Below are positions 31,542 to 40,192 of a DNA stretch of 64,000 nucleotides, one piece after another. The first letter of the stretch is position 1. Each line of letters opens with the position of its first letter. The position numbers and the translations under genes were made by a program. Origin of the DNA: Candidatus Bathyarchaeota archaeon (GTDB taxonomy: Archaea > Thermoproteota > Bathyarchaeia > Bathyarchaeales > Bathycorpusculaceae); assembly GCA_963811105.1 (NCBI GenBank), contig CAWEPZ010000011.1:1184001-1248000 (forward strand), read 5' to 3'. The notes beneath the pieces are model-generated. The model had not been told where the DNA came from, did not search any database, and saw nothing but the letters and a program-made list of their open reading frames with translations.

Positions 31542-32321
31542 ATGCCTCAATATAACCTGCCTGTCGGTATGAGATACGCCACTCTTGGGGAAAGAAACCA
31601 ATTTTACAGCTCTGAGTTTAACCTCCAAAATGTATCTGAATGGTTCAAAGGCGAGCTTGGTAAAACCAAGTTTGCAGTAATAATAGGAAGGCACACAAAG
31701 ATTTACCCCCAAAAATACAAAGATGACGCTTCAACAACAATAATAATTGATGAGTATTCAAACTTAGAAGACGTGAAAGGGCAAATAATTGATTTTTTGC
31801 CTGAAGCTGTCTACTATGACCGAAATGTCTACGACGAAGGCGACGTAAGAATTGGTCAAGAGCTCGCTTTTGACCTGGATCCAGAAAACATTACTTGCCC
31901 AGTTCACGGAAGCTTGGCAGATAAGATAAAGCGTCGTCAGGGTTTAAGCTTTTGCGAGTTAGAGTTGGAAATGGTTAAGAAGGAAGCCTTAGACTTGTAT
32001 GAGTTTCTTGTTGCTCGTTTTGGTGGTGTCAGAGCGGTTTACTCAGGCAGAGGCTTCCATATGCACGTTTTTGACAAAGAAGCCTATCAGCTAAGCGCCC
32101 TGCAAAGGCTGGAACTATCGCAGCAAGTAAAAAAAGAAGGTTTTCACATCGACGAGTGGGTCACATCAGGAGAAATGCGTTTGATACGCTTACCATACAG
32201 TCTAAATGGTTTAGTTTCAAGGACCGTGTTACCACTAACAAAAGCGGAACTGCAAAGCTTTGACGCAGTCCATGATGAAAGAGTGTTGCCAAGGTTTCTG
32301 GATAAAAAAGTTACTTTTTAA
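31542..32321 (+). CDS. Stand-alone archaeo-eukaryotic primase (PriS-like paralogue)
   Basis: ELAFDLD, YSGRGFHMH, RLIRLPYSLN AEP motifs. Confidence 0.8.
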   Translation: MPQYNLPVGMRYATLGERNQFYSSEFNLQNVSEWFKGELGKTKFAVIIGRHTKIYPQKYKDDASTTIIIDEYSNLEDVKGQIIDFLPEAVYYDRNVYDEGDVRIGQELAFDLDPENITCPVHGSLADKIKRRQGLSFCELELEMVKKEALDLYEFLVARFGGVRAVYSGRGFHMHVFDKEAYQLSALQRLELSQQVKKEGFHIDEWVTSGEMRLIRLPYSLNGLVSRTVLPLTKAELQSFDAVHDERVLPRFLDKKVTF

Positions 32322-32409
32322 CTTCTTTAGCTTTTTTCTCTTTCTTTGCATAATACGCTTTCTTTTTCTTTTCCTCTTCTGCTTTTGTCAGTTTAACTGG
32401 TTTTGCCAT
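32311..32409 (-). CDS. Small Lys-rich peptide (32 aa), not in ORF track
   Basis: GAGG SD then ATG; MAKPVKLTKAEEEKKKKAYYAKKEKKAKEVKK. Confidence 0.55.
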   Translation of the reverse strand: MAKPVKLTKAEEEKKKKAYYAKKEKKAKEVKK

Positions 32410-32525
32410 GAAAATCCTCAATAGAATTATCTACGCGTTGCATAAAAGATTTTCCAATCCATAATTTTTTTGAAAAGTTTATTTGCTTTTAGCGATTCTT
32501 TTCAAGGTGCCATTGAGGTTGATTT

Positions 32526-33908
32526 ATGGAGAACTTTGACGTAATTGTGATTGGTTCAGGCTCAGGCATGCTTGTAGCTTCAGCTGCCGTTGATCAAGGC
32601 TTAAGAGTCGCACTGGTTGAACATGGCAAAATGGGTGGCACATGCATAAACGTAGGTTGCGTGCCGTCAAAAATGTTGATTTACCCTACAGATGTTATTG
32701 CCACCATTAAAGAGTCAGCCAAGCTAGGTATTCATGCAACTGTGGATTCGGTCGATTTCAAAAATATAATGAATAGAATGCATGCGCTGGTCAACCACGA
32801 CTCAGAGCATCAGGCAAATGCGGTTGAAGCCACGCCAAACCTAACATGGTTCAAAGAGACTGGAGAGTTTATCTCCGATTACACCATGCAGGTGGGCGCA
32901 CACACAATTACTGCAGAGATCATTTTTATTGTTTCAGGCGCACGACCAGATACACCATTAATCAAAGGAATTGACAAAGTAGATTATCTAAATAGCGACA
33001 ATGTTCTGGAACTGCAAACTCCCCCCAAAAGCATTATCATCGTGGGCGGAGGCTATATTGGCATGGAATATGGACACTTCTTTTCCGGAATCGGCACAAA
33101 AACCACAATACTTCAAAGACCAAACCGAGTGCTGCCTGAGGAGGAACCTGAAATCTCCGAGTTGCTAAAAATAGATATGGGGCATCGGATGGAAATATAC
33201 ACTGACTTTGAGGTTATGGAAGCAAAACAAGAGGGTTCAGTGAAAACTGTTGTTGCGAGAAATCGACAAGCTGGCAGCCAGAAGGAGTTCTCGGCTGAAG
33301 CTATAATGATTGCAACAGGCAGGATGTCCAACGCAGATATCCTTAAACCAGAAAAAACAGGTGTAAAACTGGACGAGCATAATTTCATAGCAGTAGATGA
33401 TTACCTACAAACAAGCAAAAAAAACATTTGGGCTTTCGGCGATGCCATAGGCAAATACATGTTTAAGCATGTTGCCAACTATGAGGCAGGCATAGCTTGG
33501 CACAACGCTTTTCATGACCACAAGGTTAAAGTGGATTTTTCAGCAGCTCCTCACGCGGTTTTTAGTCACCCACAAGTTGCCAGTGTAGGATTAACAGAGG
33601 AAGAGGCGAAACTGCAAAATCGCACACTCTTAGTTGGAATAGGACTTTACCGGGACACTGCAATGGGTGCCGCTATGGGGTACTTGGATGGGTTCGTAAA
33701 AGTTTTGGTTGACGGAGAAACAAGAAAAATTCTTGGCGGACACATCATTGGTCCTGAAGCGTCAATTCTCATTCAGGAAATTGTCAATGCAATGGTGTTT
33801 CCAAATGGAAGTTTTGCTCCGATCGCTCAAGGCATGCATATTCATCCTGCAATGTCAGAGGTTGTGCAGAACGCTTTTGGCAACCTCGCACCAGCAAAAA
33901 TTCCTTGA
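32526..33908 (+). CDS. Flavoprotein disulfide reductase (dihydrolipoamide dehydrogenase/mycothione reductase family)
   Basis: GSGSG, GGTCINVGCVPSK, GGGYIGME, HIHPAMSE. Confidence 0.9.
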   Translation: MENFDVIVIGSGSGMLVASAAVDQGLRVALVEHGKMGGTCINVGCVPSKMLIYPTDVIATIKESAKLGIHATVDSVDFKNIMNRMHALVNHDSEHQANAVEATPNLTWFKETGEFISDYTMQVGAHTITAEIIFIVSGARPDTPLIKGIDKVDYLNSDNVLELQTPPKSIIIVGGGYIGMEYGHFFSGIGTKTTILQRPNRVLPEEEPEISELLKIDMGHRMEIYTDFEVMEAKQEGSVKTVVARNRQAGSQKEFSAEAIMIATGRMSNADILKPEKTGVKLDEHNFIAVDDYLQTSKKNIWAFGDAIGKYMFKHVANYEAGIAWHNAFHDHKVKVDFSAAPHAVFSHPQVASVGLTEEEAKLQNRTLLVGIGLYRDTAMGAAMGYLDGFVKVLVDGETRKILGGHIIGPEASILIQEIVNAMVFPNGSFAPIAQGMHIHPAMSEVVQNAFGNLAPAKIP

Positions 33909-33982
33909 ACTCTTCAAACGTCTCCTTTCGTTCTAATGTAAACAGTTATATTTGGCTTAAACCAAATTTTAGTGGTGAGAAA

Positions 33983-34267
33983 ATGCAGTTCTCAAAAGTT
34001 TCTGGAAAAAAAAACGACCACAAAGTCACATTATATGCCTTAAGTACTTGCGTTTGGTGCAAGCTAACAAAACAGTTTCTAAATGAAAATGGCATCGAAT
34101 ACGAGTTTATTGATGTTGACATGCTTGAAGATGATGAAAAAACAAAAGCCCATGAAACAATTACCAGCAAAGGCGGAATGCTAAGTTACCCGACTATAAT
34201 TGTTGACGACAGAGTTGTGATTACTGGTTTTCGTAAAGATAAGCTCAAGGAGGTACTTGGCGTTTGA
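33983..34267 (+). CDS. Glutaredoxin/NrdH-like protein
   Basis: STCVWCK, YPTIIV...ITGF. Confidence 0.9.
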   Translation: MQFSKVSGKKNDHKVTLYALSTCVWCKLTKQFLNENGIEYEFIDVDMLEDDEKTKAHETITSKGGMLSYPTIIVDDRVVITGFRKDKLKEVLGV

Positions 34268-34839
34268 CGACAATAGAGGAAACTCGAAGAAGAGCGGAAG
34301 CTGACGCTAAAACCTACGGATATTACCTTACACCTCAACCTGAACTTTTAACTGCGTTCCTTGAAGGACTAAAGACAAATGAAGACCGCTACGGTTACCC
34401 CTTATGCCCGTGTAGGCTTACTTCAGGCAATTTCGAGTATGATCGAGATATAATTTGTCCATGCGACTACCGGGACCCAGATGTAGACCAATATGGAGCT
34501 TGTTATTGCAGACTTTACGTTAACAAACGAGTTTATGAAAGCAAAAGCTTGCCTGAAGTTCCAGAGAGAAGACCCCTCGAGAAACAAGCTAGAGCCTACG
34601 GACCCGAAGCCATAGCTAAACAAACATCAGCCGACGGAATGCAGCCAAAACCGCCAACGTCATCGACACCGGTTCCCCAAGCTGTAAAGCCTGAACCAGT
34701 GGTTAAGAAGAAGCTCTGGTATTGCAAACAATGTGGTTACGTTGTGTTCAGGGAGGATCCACCGTATGTTTGCCCAATATGCAAGGCCAAAAAGGAGTTG
34801 TTTGCTGAAATAAACAGCAGTATTGAATTTAGGGGTTAA
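34264..34839 (+). CDS. Ferredoxin:thioredoxin reductase catalytic-like protein with C-terminal rubredoxin domain
   Basis: CPCR, CPCDY, CYCRLY; WYCKQCG...CPICKA. Confidence 0.9.
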   Translation: MTTIEETRRRAEADAKTYGYYLTPQPELLTAFLEGLKTNEDRYGYPLCPCRLTSGNFEYDRDIICPCDYRDPDVDQYGACYCRLYVNKRVYESKSLPEVPERRPLEKQARAYGPEAIAKQTSADGMQPKPPTSSTPVPQAVKPEPVVKKKLWYCKQCGYVVFREDPPYVCPICKAKKELFAEINSSIEFRG

Positions 34840-34846
34840 CAGCGAG

Positions 34847-34996
34847 CTATTGTTGGAGTTCTATCTCGATTTTTTTCCAATCCGATTTTATTCCTTTAAG
34901 AGAGCCTACGGCACCAGTTATGGTTCCGTTTAAGATATTTGACACAAAATCATTTAGTGGAATTTCTTTTCCGTCAACTTTAAGTTTTAAACTCAA
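34847..34996 (-). CDS. Small protein (49 aa) resembling the archaeal MobB C-terminal domain, not in ORF track
   Basis: GGTGA SD, TTG start; MSLKLKVDGKEIPLNDFVSNILNGTITGAVGSLKGIKSDWKKIEIELQQ. Confidence 0.72.
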   Translation of the reverse strand: MSLKLKVDGKEIPLNDFVSNILNGTITGAVGSLKGIKSDWKKIEIELQQ

Positions 34997-35054
34997 GCTT
35001 ATTCACCATAGGTATTGCTTAGTTGAGGTGAAGAGTAAAAAAGTTTGTGCAACC

Positions 35055-36581
35055 TTAAATGAAGTGCACTGTTCCAATTAAGTTAAGGAACATAGTTGGG
35101 TAAATTCCGACCAATATCACAAGCACGGCAAGTATTATCATGCCTGCCTGCATGAACTTGGGAACATTGAATGTTTTAACTTCAGTTTTCGGTGGACCGA
35201 AGAACACGTTTGAAATGAATCTTAGCGAATAACCCAATGATAATACAGTCGCAACAAGCATAAGAGCAGTTGGAATAATGTAAAAGCTGCCAAACCCGCC
35301 TGTCGCCATTATCACTTGGAAAGCGCCTATAAAAATCAAGACCTCGCTTATGAAGCATGCAAATGGCGGCGTTCCCGCCAAGCTCAACGCGGCTGTTATT
35401 GATGAAGTGGCAGTACCTGGCATTTTCCCTGCTAGTCCGCCCATCTCCCGCATATTTCTGGTAGCAAGTTGACTACTTATGGCTCCCGCAGTAAGGAAGA
35501 ATAATCCTTTGCTAAAGCCATGAGTTATCACTTGAAGTACTGTTCCGTTTATTGCCATTGAAACTGGCGCTCCATTGGAGATAGTAAAGAAAAGAGAAAA
35601 GCCAAACATGATATAGCCCATATGGGAAATGCTCGAGTAAGCCATTATTTTTTTGATGTCCGTTTCCCTCAACGCAAGGAAGGAGCCGAAAAACGCTGAA
35701 ATAACCCCTAAAATGCTTAATCCATACAGGAAGTCGGCTGCAAAAGCCGCACTGTTAGCTACAAGCGCTGGCAGAACAACGCCAAGTGAGATTCTTATAA
35801 CGGCATAGGCCCCTGCGCTGGTCAAGACTCCGGCTAACAGGGCGGACATTGGAGCGGGTGCTTCCGTGTAAGCATCAGGTAGCCAAGAGTGCAGGGGTAC
35901 GATTGCCATTTTAACGGCGAATCCAGCGGTCACTGCAATAAGTACCCATTTGACGATATCAACATTAGCGGACCCAAGCAATGTCGCAGCTTTAAACATG
36001 TCTAAGCTGCCGGTGAGCATGAAGATGCCTCCAATACCTAAAATGATAAACACAGCACCTGCATGGGTATAAATAAAGAATTTGAAGGCAGCTTTGTAGG
36101 ATTCTTTGTGCCCCCAGTTACCCAATATAAAGTATGCTGGAACGATCATGAGTTCCCAGAAGAAATAAAACAACAGCAGGTTCTGGGCTATGAAAACACC
36201 TACTAAGCCCACAGTTAGAAGCGCCATCAATGCGTAATAAGTTGGCAGGTTCTTTTTACCTTCCATATAGTTTATAGAGAAAACTACCGCCGCTAAAATT
36301 ATGACCAAAGTCATTATTACCATGGATAAGCTTATCCCATCAACAAAAAGTGTGAATTGAGTGTTTAATACTACTGGAATCCATTCATAAGACTCTTGAT
36401 ACATATTATGATTAGCACTGTTAAGGACGGCTGGAACGGTGGTCAAAATTAGTGTTAAATCTACCATAGCAATTATCGCTATAGCGAGTGCCGCCATTCG
36501 TGCGGATTTCTTTCCTGCTAAGTAAACGAATGGAAAGCCTAAAGCAGGTATTAACAGCGCTGCAAGGAGAGTATATCCCAT
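35055..36581 (-). CDS. NuoM/complex I subunit 4-like antiporter subunit (orphan)
   Basis: FYFFWELM, KMAIVPLHSWLPDAY.EAP, AYSSISHMG. Confidence 0.9.
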   Translation of the reverse strand: MGYTLLAALLIPALGFPFVYLAGKKSARMAALAIAIIAMVDLTLILTTVPAVLNSANHNMYQESYEWIPVVLNTQFTLFVDGISLSMVIMTLVIILAAVVFSINYMEGKKNLPTYYALMALLTVGLVGVFIAQNLLLFYFFWELMIVPAYFILGNWGHKESYKAAFKFFIYTHAGAVFIILGIGGIFMLTGSLDMFKAATLLGSANVDIVKWVLIAVTAGFAVKMAIVPLHSWLPDAYTEAPAPMSALLAGVLTSAGAYAVIRISLGVVLPALVANSAAFAADFLYGLSILGVISAFFGSFLALRETDIKKIMAYSSISHMGYIMFGFSLFFTISNGAPVSMAINGTVLQVITHGFSKGLFFLTAGAISSQLATRNMREMGGLAGKMPGTATSSITAALSLAGTPPFACFISEVLIFIGAFQVIMATGGFGSFYIIPTALMLVATVLSLGYSLRFISNVFFGPPKTEVKTFNVPKFMQAGMIILAVLVILVGIYPTMFLNLIGTVHFI

Positions 36582-36668
36582 TTTGCTTGTGCAACCTTAA
36601 TCCCATTTGGACGTTTCTTCAATAAAAAACTATAGGAAGTCTTTAATGTTTCTTTTCATTGGCTTTTA

Positions 36669-36785
36669 CTAGTTAGTTGTAATATTTTGATTTCTCTTTT
36701 TTCTTGCAAGTACATACTCAACAAACGAGAAAGATAACGAGCCTACTCCTGCAACGCCTGCAAGAACAATACTAAAGTCAATCAT
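36669..36785 (-). CDS. Single-TM micropeptide (38 aa), paralogue A
   Basis: GGAGG SD + ATG; MIDFSIVLAGVAGVGSLSFSFVEYVLARKKRNQNITTN. Confidence 0.65.
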   Translation of the reverse strand: MIDFSIVLAGVAGVGSLSFSFVEYVLARKKRNQNITTN

Positions 36786-36957
36786 CGCTTCGCCTCCTAA
36801 TGGTCATTCTATTTTTTTTAATTCTTCAATGCAAAACAGCTCATTCCATATAAGGTTATTTGAGAAAAATTCACAATTCATGTTGAAACTCAACGTTTGT
36901 TTCATCCAAAAAAGGGAATAAGAGAAGAACCTTGTTGACTACAAACCTTTTTTCTCT

Positions 36958-37077
36958 TCACGGTTTGGATACTGAGCAGACTCCCCTTCTTCTCCTCGTT
37001 ACAGCATATTCAGCAAATGATACAATTAAAGAGCCAGCGCCAAAAGCACTCACAACAAGTATTGTTGTATCTATCAC
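36958..37077 (-). CDS. Single-TM micropeptide (39 aa), paralogue B
   Basis: GGAG SD + GTG; MIDTTILVVSAFGAGSLIVSFAEYAVTRRRRGVCSVSKP. Confidence 0.62.
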   Translation of the reverse strand: MIDTTILVVSAFGAGSLIVSFAEYAVTRRRRGVCSVSKP

Positions 37078-37148
37078 GCATATCATCTCCATTAATTTTG
37101 CCTTATCAGCAAACGCGTTGATGAAAATATAAATATAATTGAGATTTG

Positions 37149-37165
37149 TTCATAAAAATTATGAA
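37149..37165. promoter_or_regulatory. Inverted repeat upstream of micropeptide B
   Basis: TTCATAA-AAA-TTATGAA perfect arms, but in AT-rich context. Confidence 0.3.
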
Positions 37166-37215
37166 TTATTAGATAAACAATTTGATAAATAGCAAAATAA
37201 TTAACAAATTACAGT

Positions 37216-37773
37216 TTAAAGTTTAGATGCAACTGGTTTAAAAATTACTCTGAGCTTAGTCAAATTCTCTTTTATCTCCGCTTTAACGCCCATGGCTGCA
37301 AAGTATTCTTCAAGAAATATTCTGATGAAGTCTTTAGAAGTCTCAGAAACCAAAACTAAGGTGTAGTCGTTTGGGGTGTTCTTTGTTAGCCGGTAAAAGT
37401 TGCACATCTCAAGTCTGTTCAGCAATTCTTCAGTTGAATGTACCTTTGTTTTAAGCTGTTCCCAGTGAGCTCGGGCAACTTCTTTATGCTCGCTCCAAAA
37501 CTTTTCACGCTCAGGAGACGTAGCGATTAACCGTAAGAACATTAGCCAGTGGTCAACGTCAAGGATAATGTGTTCGCCGTTAAGAAGCATATCTAGGTAA
37601 GCGTGTATCTTTTTCCTGGTTGCAGGATCTTCGAGAGCCTTATTTTCACTGTAAAATTTTAAGGCGCGTCGCATGATTTCGCTTTGTGATACTTGCCCTT
37701 CAGTGCTTATTTTTTCCAGTAAGTCGGCTGTTGTTTTGTCGAATGCGACTGTTACTCTTGTAGGGTTCACCAT
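37216..37773 (-). CDS. Ribbon-helix-helix (CopG-like) regulator with C-terminal domain
   Basis: RVTVAFD...SQSEIMRRAL RHH pattern. Confidence 0.8.
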   Translation of the reverse strand: MVNPTRVTVAFDKTTADLLEKISTEGQVSQSEIMRRALKFYSENKALEDPATRKKIHAYLDMLLNGEHIILDVDHWLMFLRLIATSPEREKFWSEHKEVARAHWEQLKTKVHSTEELLNRLEMCNFYRLTKNTPNDYTLVLVSETSKDFIRIFLEEYFAAMGVKAEIKENLTKLRVIFKPVASKL

Positions 37774-37978
37774 AATAAACACTTTACCCTAATTCAACAC
37801 ATTTCCAAGCTATAGGAAATTATATAAGCATTACGCACAACAAACAAAGAAAAAGATTGCAAATTTAAAGTAATTCACGGATTTTATATACAAATGTTAA
37901 ACGTTAACTAACCCAGTTAAACTTTTATTTCTAGTTATACTTACTCATTTCATGACGACTTTCCTAGGAGAAACACGG

Positions 37979-38638
37979 ATGAAAAAGCCGGAAATATATC
38001 TTGAACCCAAACAAAGGGCCGCAAAAGTAATCGAACTCCTTGAAAAAGAGTACCCCGACGCGAAAACTGCACTTAACTATACCAACCCCCTTGAAATATT
38101 GGTAGCCACGATGCTTTCTGCTCAAACAACCGACGAGAGAGTCAATATAGTTACAAAAAATCTTTTTAAGAAATATCACAAGCCTGAAGATTATGCCAAC
38201 GCAGACATAAAAGAGTTGGAACAAGATATACGGTCCACCGGCTTCTACCATAACAAAGCCAGAAATCTACAAAGATGCTGTCAACTTCTTGTAGATAAGT
38301 ATCACTCTCAGGTGCCTAAAACAATGGAGGAACTGATTGAGCTTCCTGGAGTCGCAAGGAAAACCGCTAATATTGTCTTAGACAATGCTTTCGGCGTAAT
38401 TGCGGGCATTGCAGTGGATACTCATGTGCGAAGGCTTTCACTGAGGCTTGGACTTACTGTGTATGATGATCCTGCTAAAATAGAATCAGAATTAATGGAA
38501 ATAATTCCTAAAGAGAAATGGATGAAACTGACTGACCTGCTGATTTTTCACGGCAGGCAAGTGTGCATTGCAAGAAGGCCCAAATGCGAAACATGCGTGC
38601 TAAATAAGATTTGTCCATGTGCTTTTTCTTTTGGCTAG
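37979..38638 (+). CDS. nth: Endonuclease III
   Basis: LSAQTTD, LPGVARKTA, VDTHV, C-terminal CxxxxPxCxxCxxxxxC Fe-S motif. Confidence 0.96.
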   Translation: MKKPEIYLEPKQRAAKVIELLEKEYPDAKTALNYTNPLEILVATMLSAQTTDERVNIVTKNLFKKYHKPEDYANADIKELEQDIRSTGFYHNKARNLQRCCQLLVDKYHSQVPKTMEELIELPGVARKTANIVLDNAFGVIAGIAVDTHVRRLSLRLGLTVYDDPAKIESELMEIIPKEKWMKLTDLLIFHGRQVCIARRPKCETCVLNKICPCAFSFG

Positions 38639-38691
38639 AAACAGCAGCAATTTATATACCCTCCAGCTTCTAGAAATTGAGGACTAATCTT

Positions 38692-39171
38692 ATGTCAGCT
38701 AAAATTAAAGTCGGAGACACGTCACCAGACTTCACATTACCCGACACCGAAATGAAAATCAGAAGCTTAAAAGAATTTTTGGGGCAAAAAATCGTTTTGG
38801 CATTTATTGTTGGAGCATTCACCACAACTTGCACAAAAGAAATGTGTGAATTCCGTGATTCTATGGCTAGGCTTACCGATTTGAAGGCTCAAGTTATCGG
38901 AGTAAGTGTCAATGACCCTTTCAGCAACAAAGCTTTTTCAGAAAAAAACAGGCTACCTTTTCCAGTACTTAGCGATTACAAACGCGAAGTCATCAAAACT
39001 TACGGATTAGAAAATCCCAATTTTTCAGGTCTTAACGGTTATACGGTTGCTAAACGTTCGATTTTTATCTTGGATTCAAAAGGCGTGGTTCGGTATGTTT
39101 GGGTTTCTGATGATCCCTCGGTTGAACCAAACTATCAGGAAATTCAAAAAGCTCTAGAACAAATCACTTAA
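38692..39171 (+). CDS. Peroxiredoxin (AhpC/TSA family)
   Basis: [23 protein letters not shown]. Confidence 0.9.
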   Translation: MSAKIKVGDTSPDFTLPDTEMKIRSLKEFLGQKIVLAFIVGAFTTTCTKEMCEFRDSMARLTDLKAQVIGVSVNDPFSNKAFSEKNRLPFPVLSDYKREVIKTYGLENPNFSGLNGYTVAKRSIFILDSKGVVRYVWVSDDPSVEPNYQEIQKALEQIT

Positions 39172-39199
39172 ACCTAATTGCTTCTTTTTTATCCTCAGT

Positions 39200-39747
39200 G
39201 AACATCCATCGGCGTTCAATTAAGGACATAGTCTGATATTTTTCCTACTATCAGCGAAGAACCCATTCTTTGTAGCGGTTTTCGCTGCTCTTTAACGCTA
39301 AGCGCAGTTTCAGTTACTAACTTCTCAAGTTTTCTGCTTGGCAGAATCACCGAAGACCTAGCCGATATAATGACGCTACAAAACTTGATGAATTAACGCA
39401 TAAGCGACATACAGACAAAAAGGAACGAGACAAGTCCTTGCTGTTAGTACAGAAACTGTTTACGTTACTTGGGAAACAAATACACAGATCTAATCTTTAA
39501 GGGGCAATAATTTCTGGAACAACTACTTTCTTAGCGGGAATCGTTCCAATAGCAACCTATCTGGTTCTTCCTCTCTACTATAACATTTTTGTTTCACTCA
39601 TTGAAGTTACCGTCATCTCAGGCGTATTTCTGGTGAGATACCGTTCAAAGAACCCGGGTAAACTGGAGAGTCCCACTTGCGGAAACCATAGCAATCGTCA
39701 TAATTGCAACAGTTGTGTTTTTACTACTTGGTGCAATAGCTGGCTAA
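39200..39747 (+). pseudogene. Decayed membrane-protein gene (VIT1/CCC1-like topology)
   Basis: Fragments interrupted by stops and frameshifts: ...SVTNFSSFLLGRITEDLADIMTLQNLMN*...GAIISGTTTFLAGIVPIATYLVLPLYYNIFVSL...NWRVPLAETIAIVIIATVVFLLLGAIAG*. Confidence 0.55.
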
Positions 39748-40169
39748 GCAAAATTATGATGCTCTACCATCAAACACTTATTCATAACGACAACTAAACC
39801 GGCCTTCTGAGCTGCCTCAGCAGCCTTCTCATTAACTATTCCAAGCTGCATCCAAATAACAATAGGATGACCGAACATCTGCTTAAGTTTAATTGCTTGC
39901 TCAACTATTGGCGGTACATCTTTTGGTGGTCTAAAGATATCGATTATTTCTATGTTTTTTTGAATTACAGGCGGAATATCAAGCAAGTTCTGATAGCTTT
40001 TTTCGCCAAGAACTTCATCGGCAAAAGGGTTGACGGGTATAATGTGGTAGCCATGTTGTTTTAGGTAAGCGCTGACTTTATAGCTATCTTTCTCAGGCTC
40101 TTTAGATAAACCGACTACTGCGATTACCTTGTATTTTTTTATGATTTCTTTAGTCTGATCTTGACTCAA
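39744..40169 (-). CDS. CoA-binding protein (YccU-like)
   Basis: IAVVGLS, IPVNP, DIFRP, WMQLGI. Confidence 0.9.
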   Translation of the reverse strand: MSQDQTKEIIKKYKVIAVVGLSKEPEKDSYKVSAYLKQHGYHIIPVNPFADEVLGEKSYQNLLDIPPVIQKNIEIIDIFRPPKDVPPIVEQAIKLKQMFGHPIVIWMQLGIVNEKAAEAAQKAGLVVVMNKCLMVEHHNFA

Positions 40170-40192
40170 CTAACCCTTTCCTCATTGTTATC

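Noticed and set aside
36932-37132. Plus-strand 66-aa ORF
   Set aside because: Antisense shadow of micropeptide B, which has an SD and a paralogue
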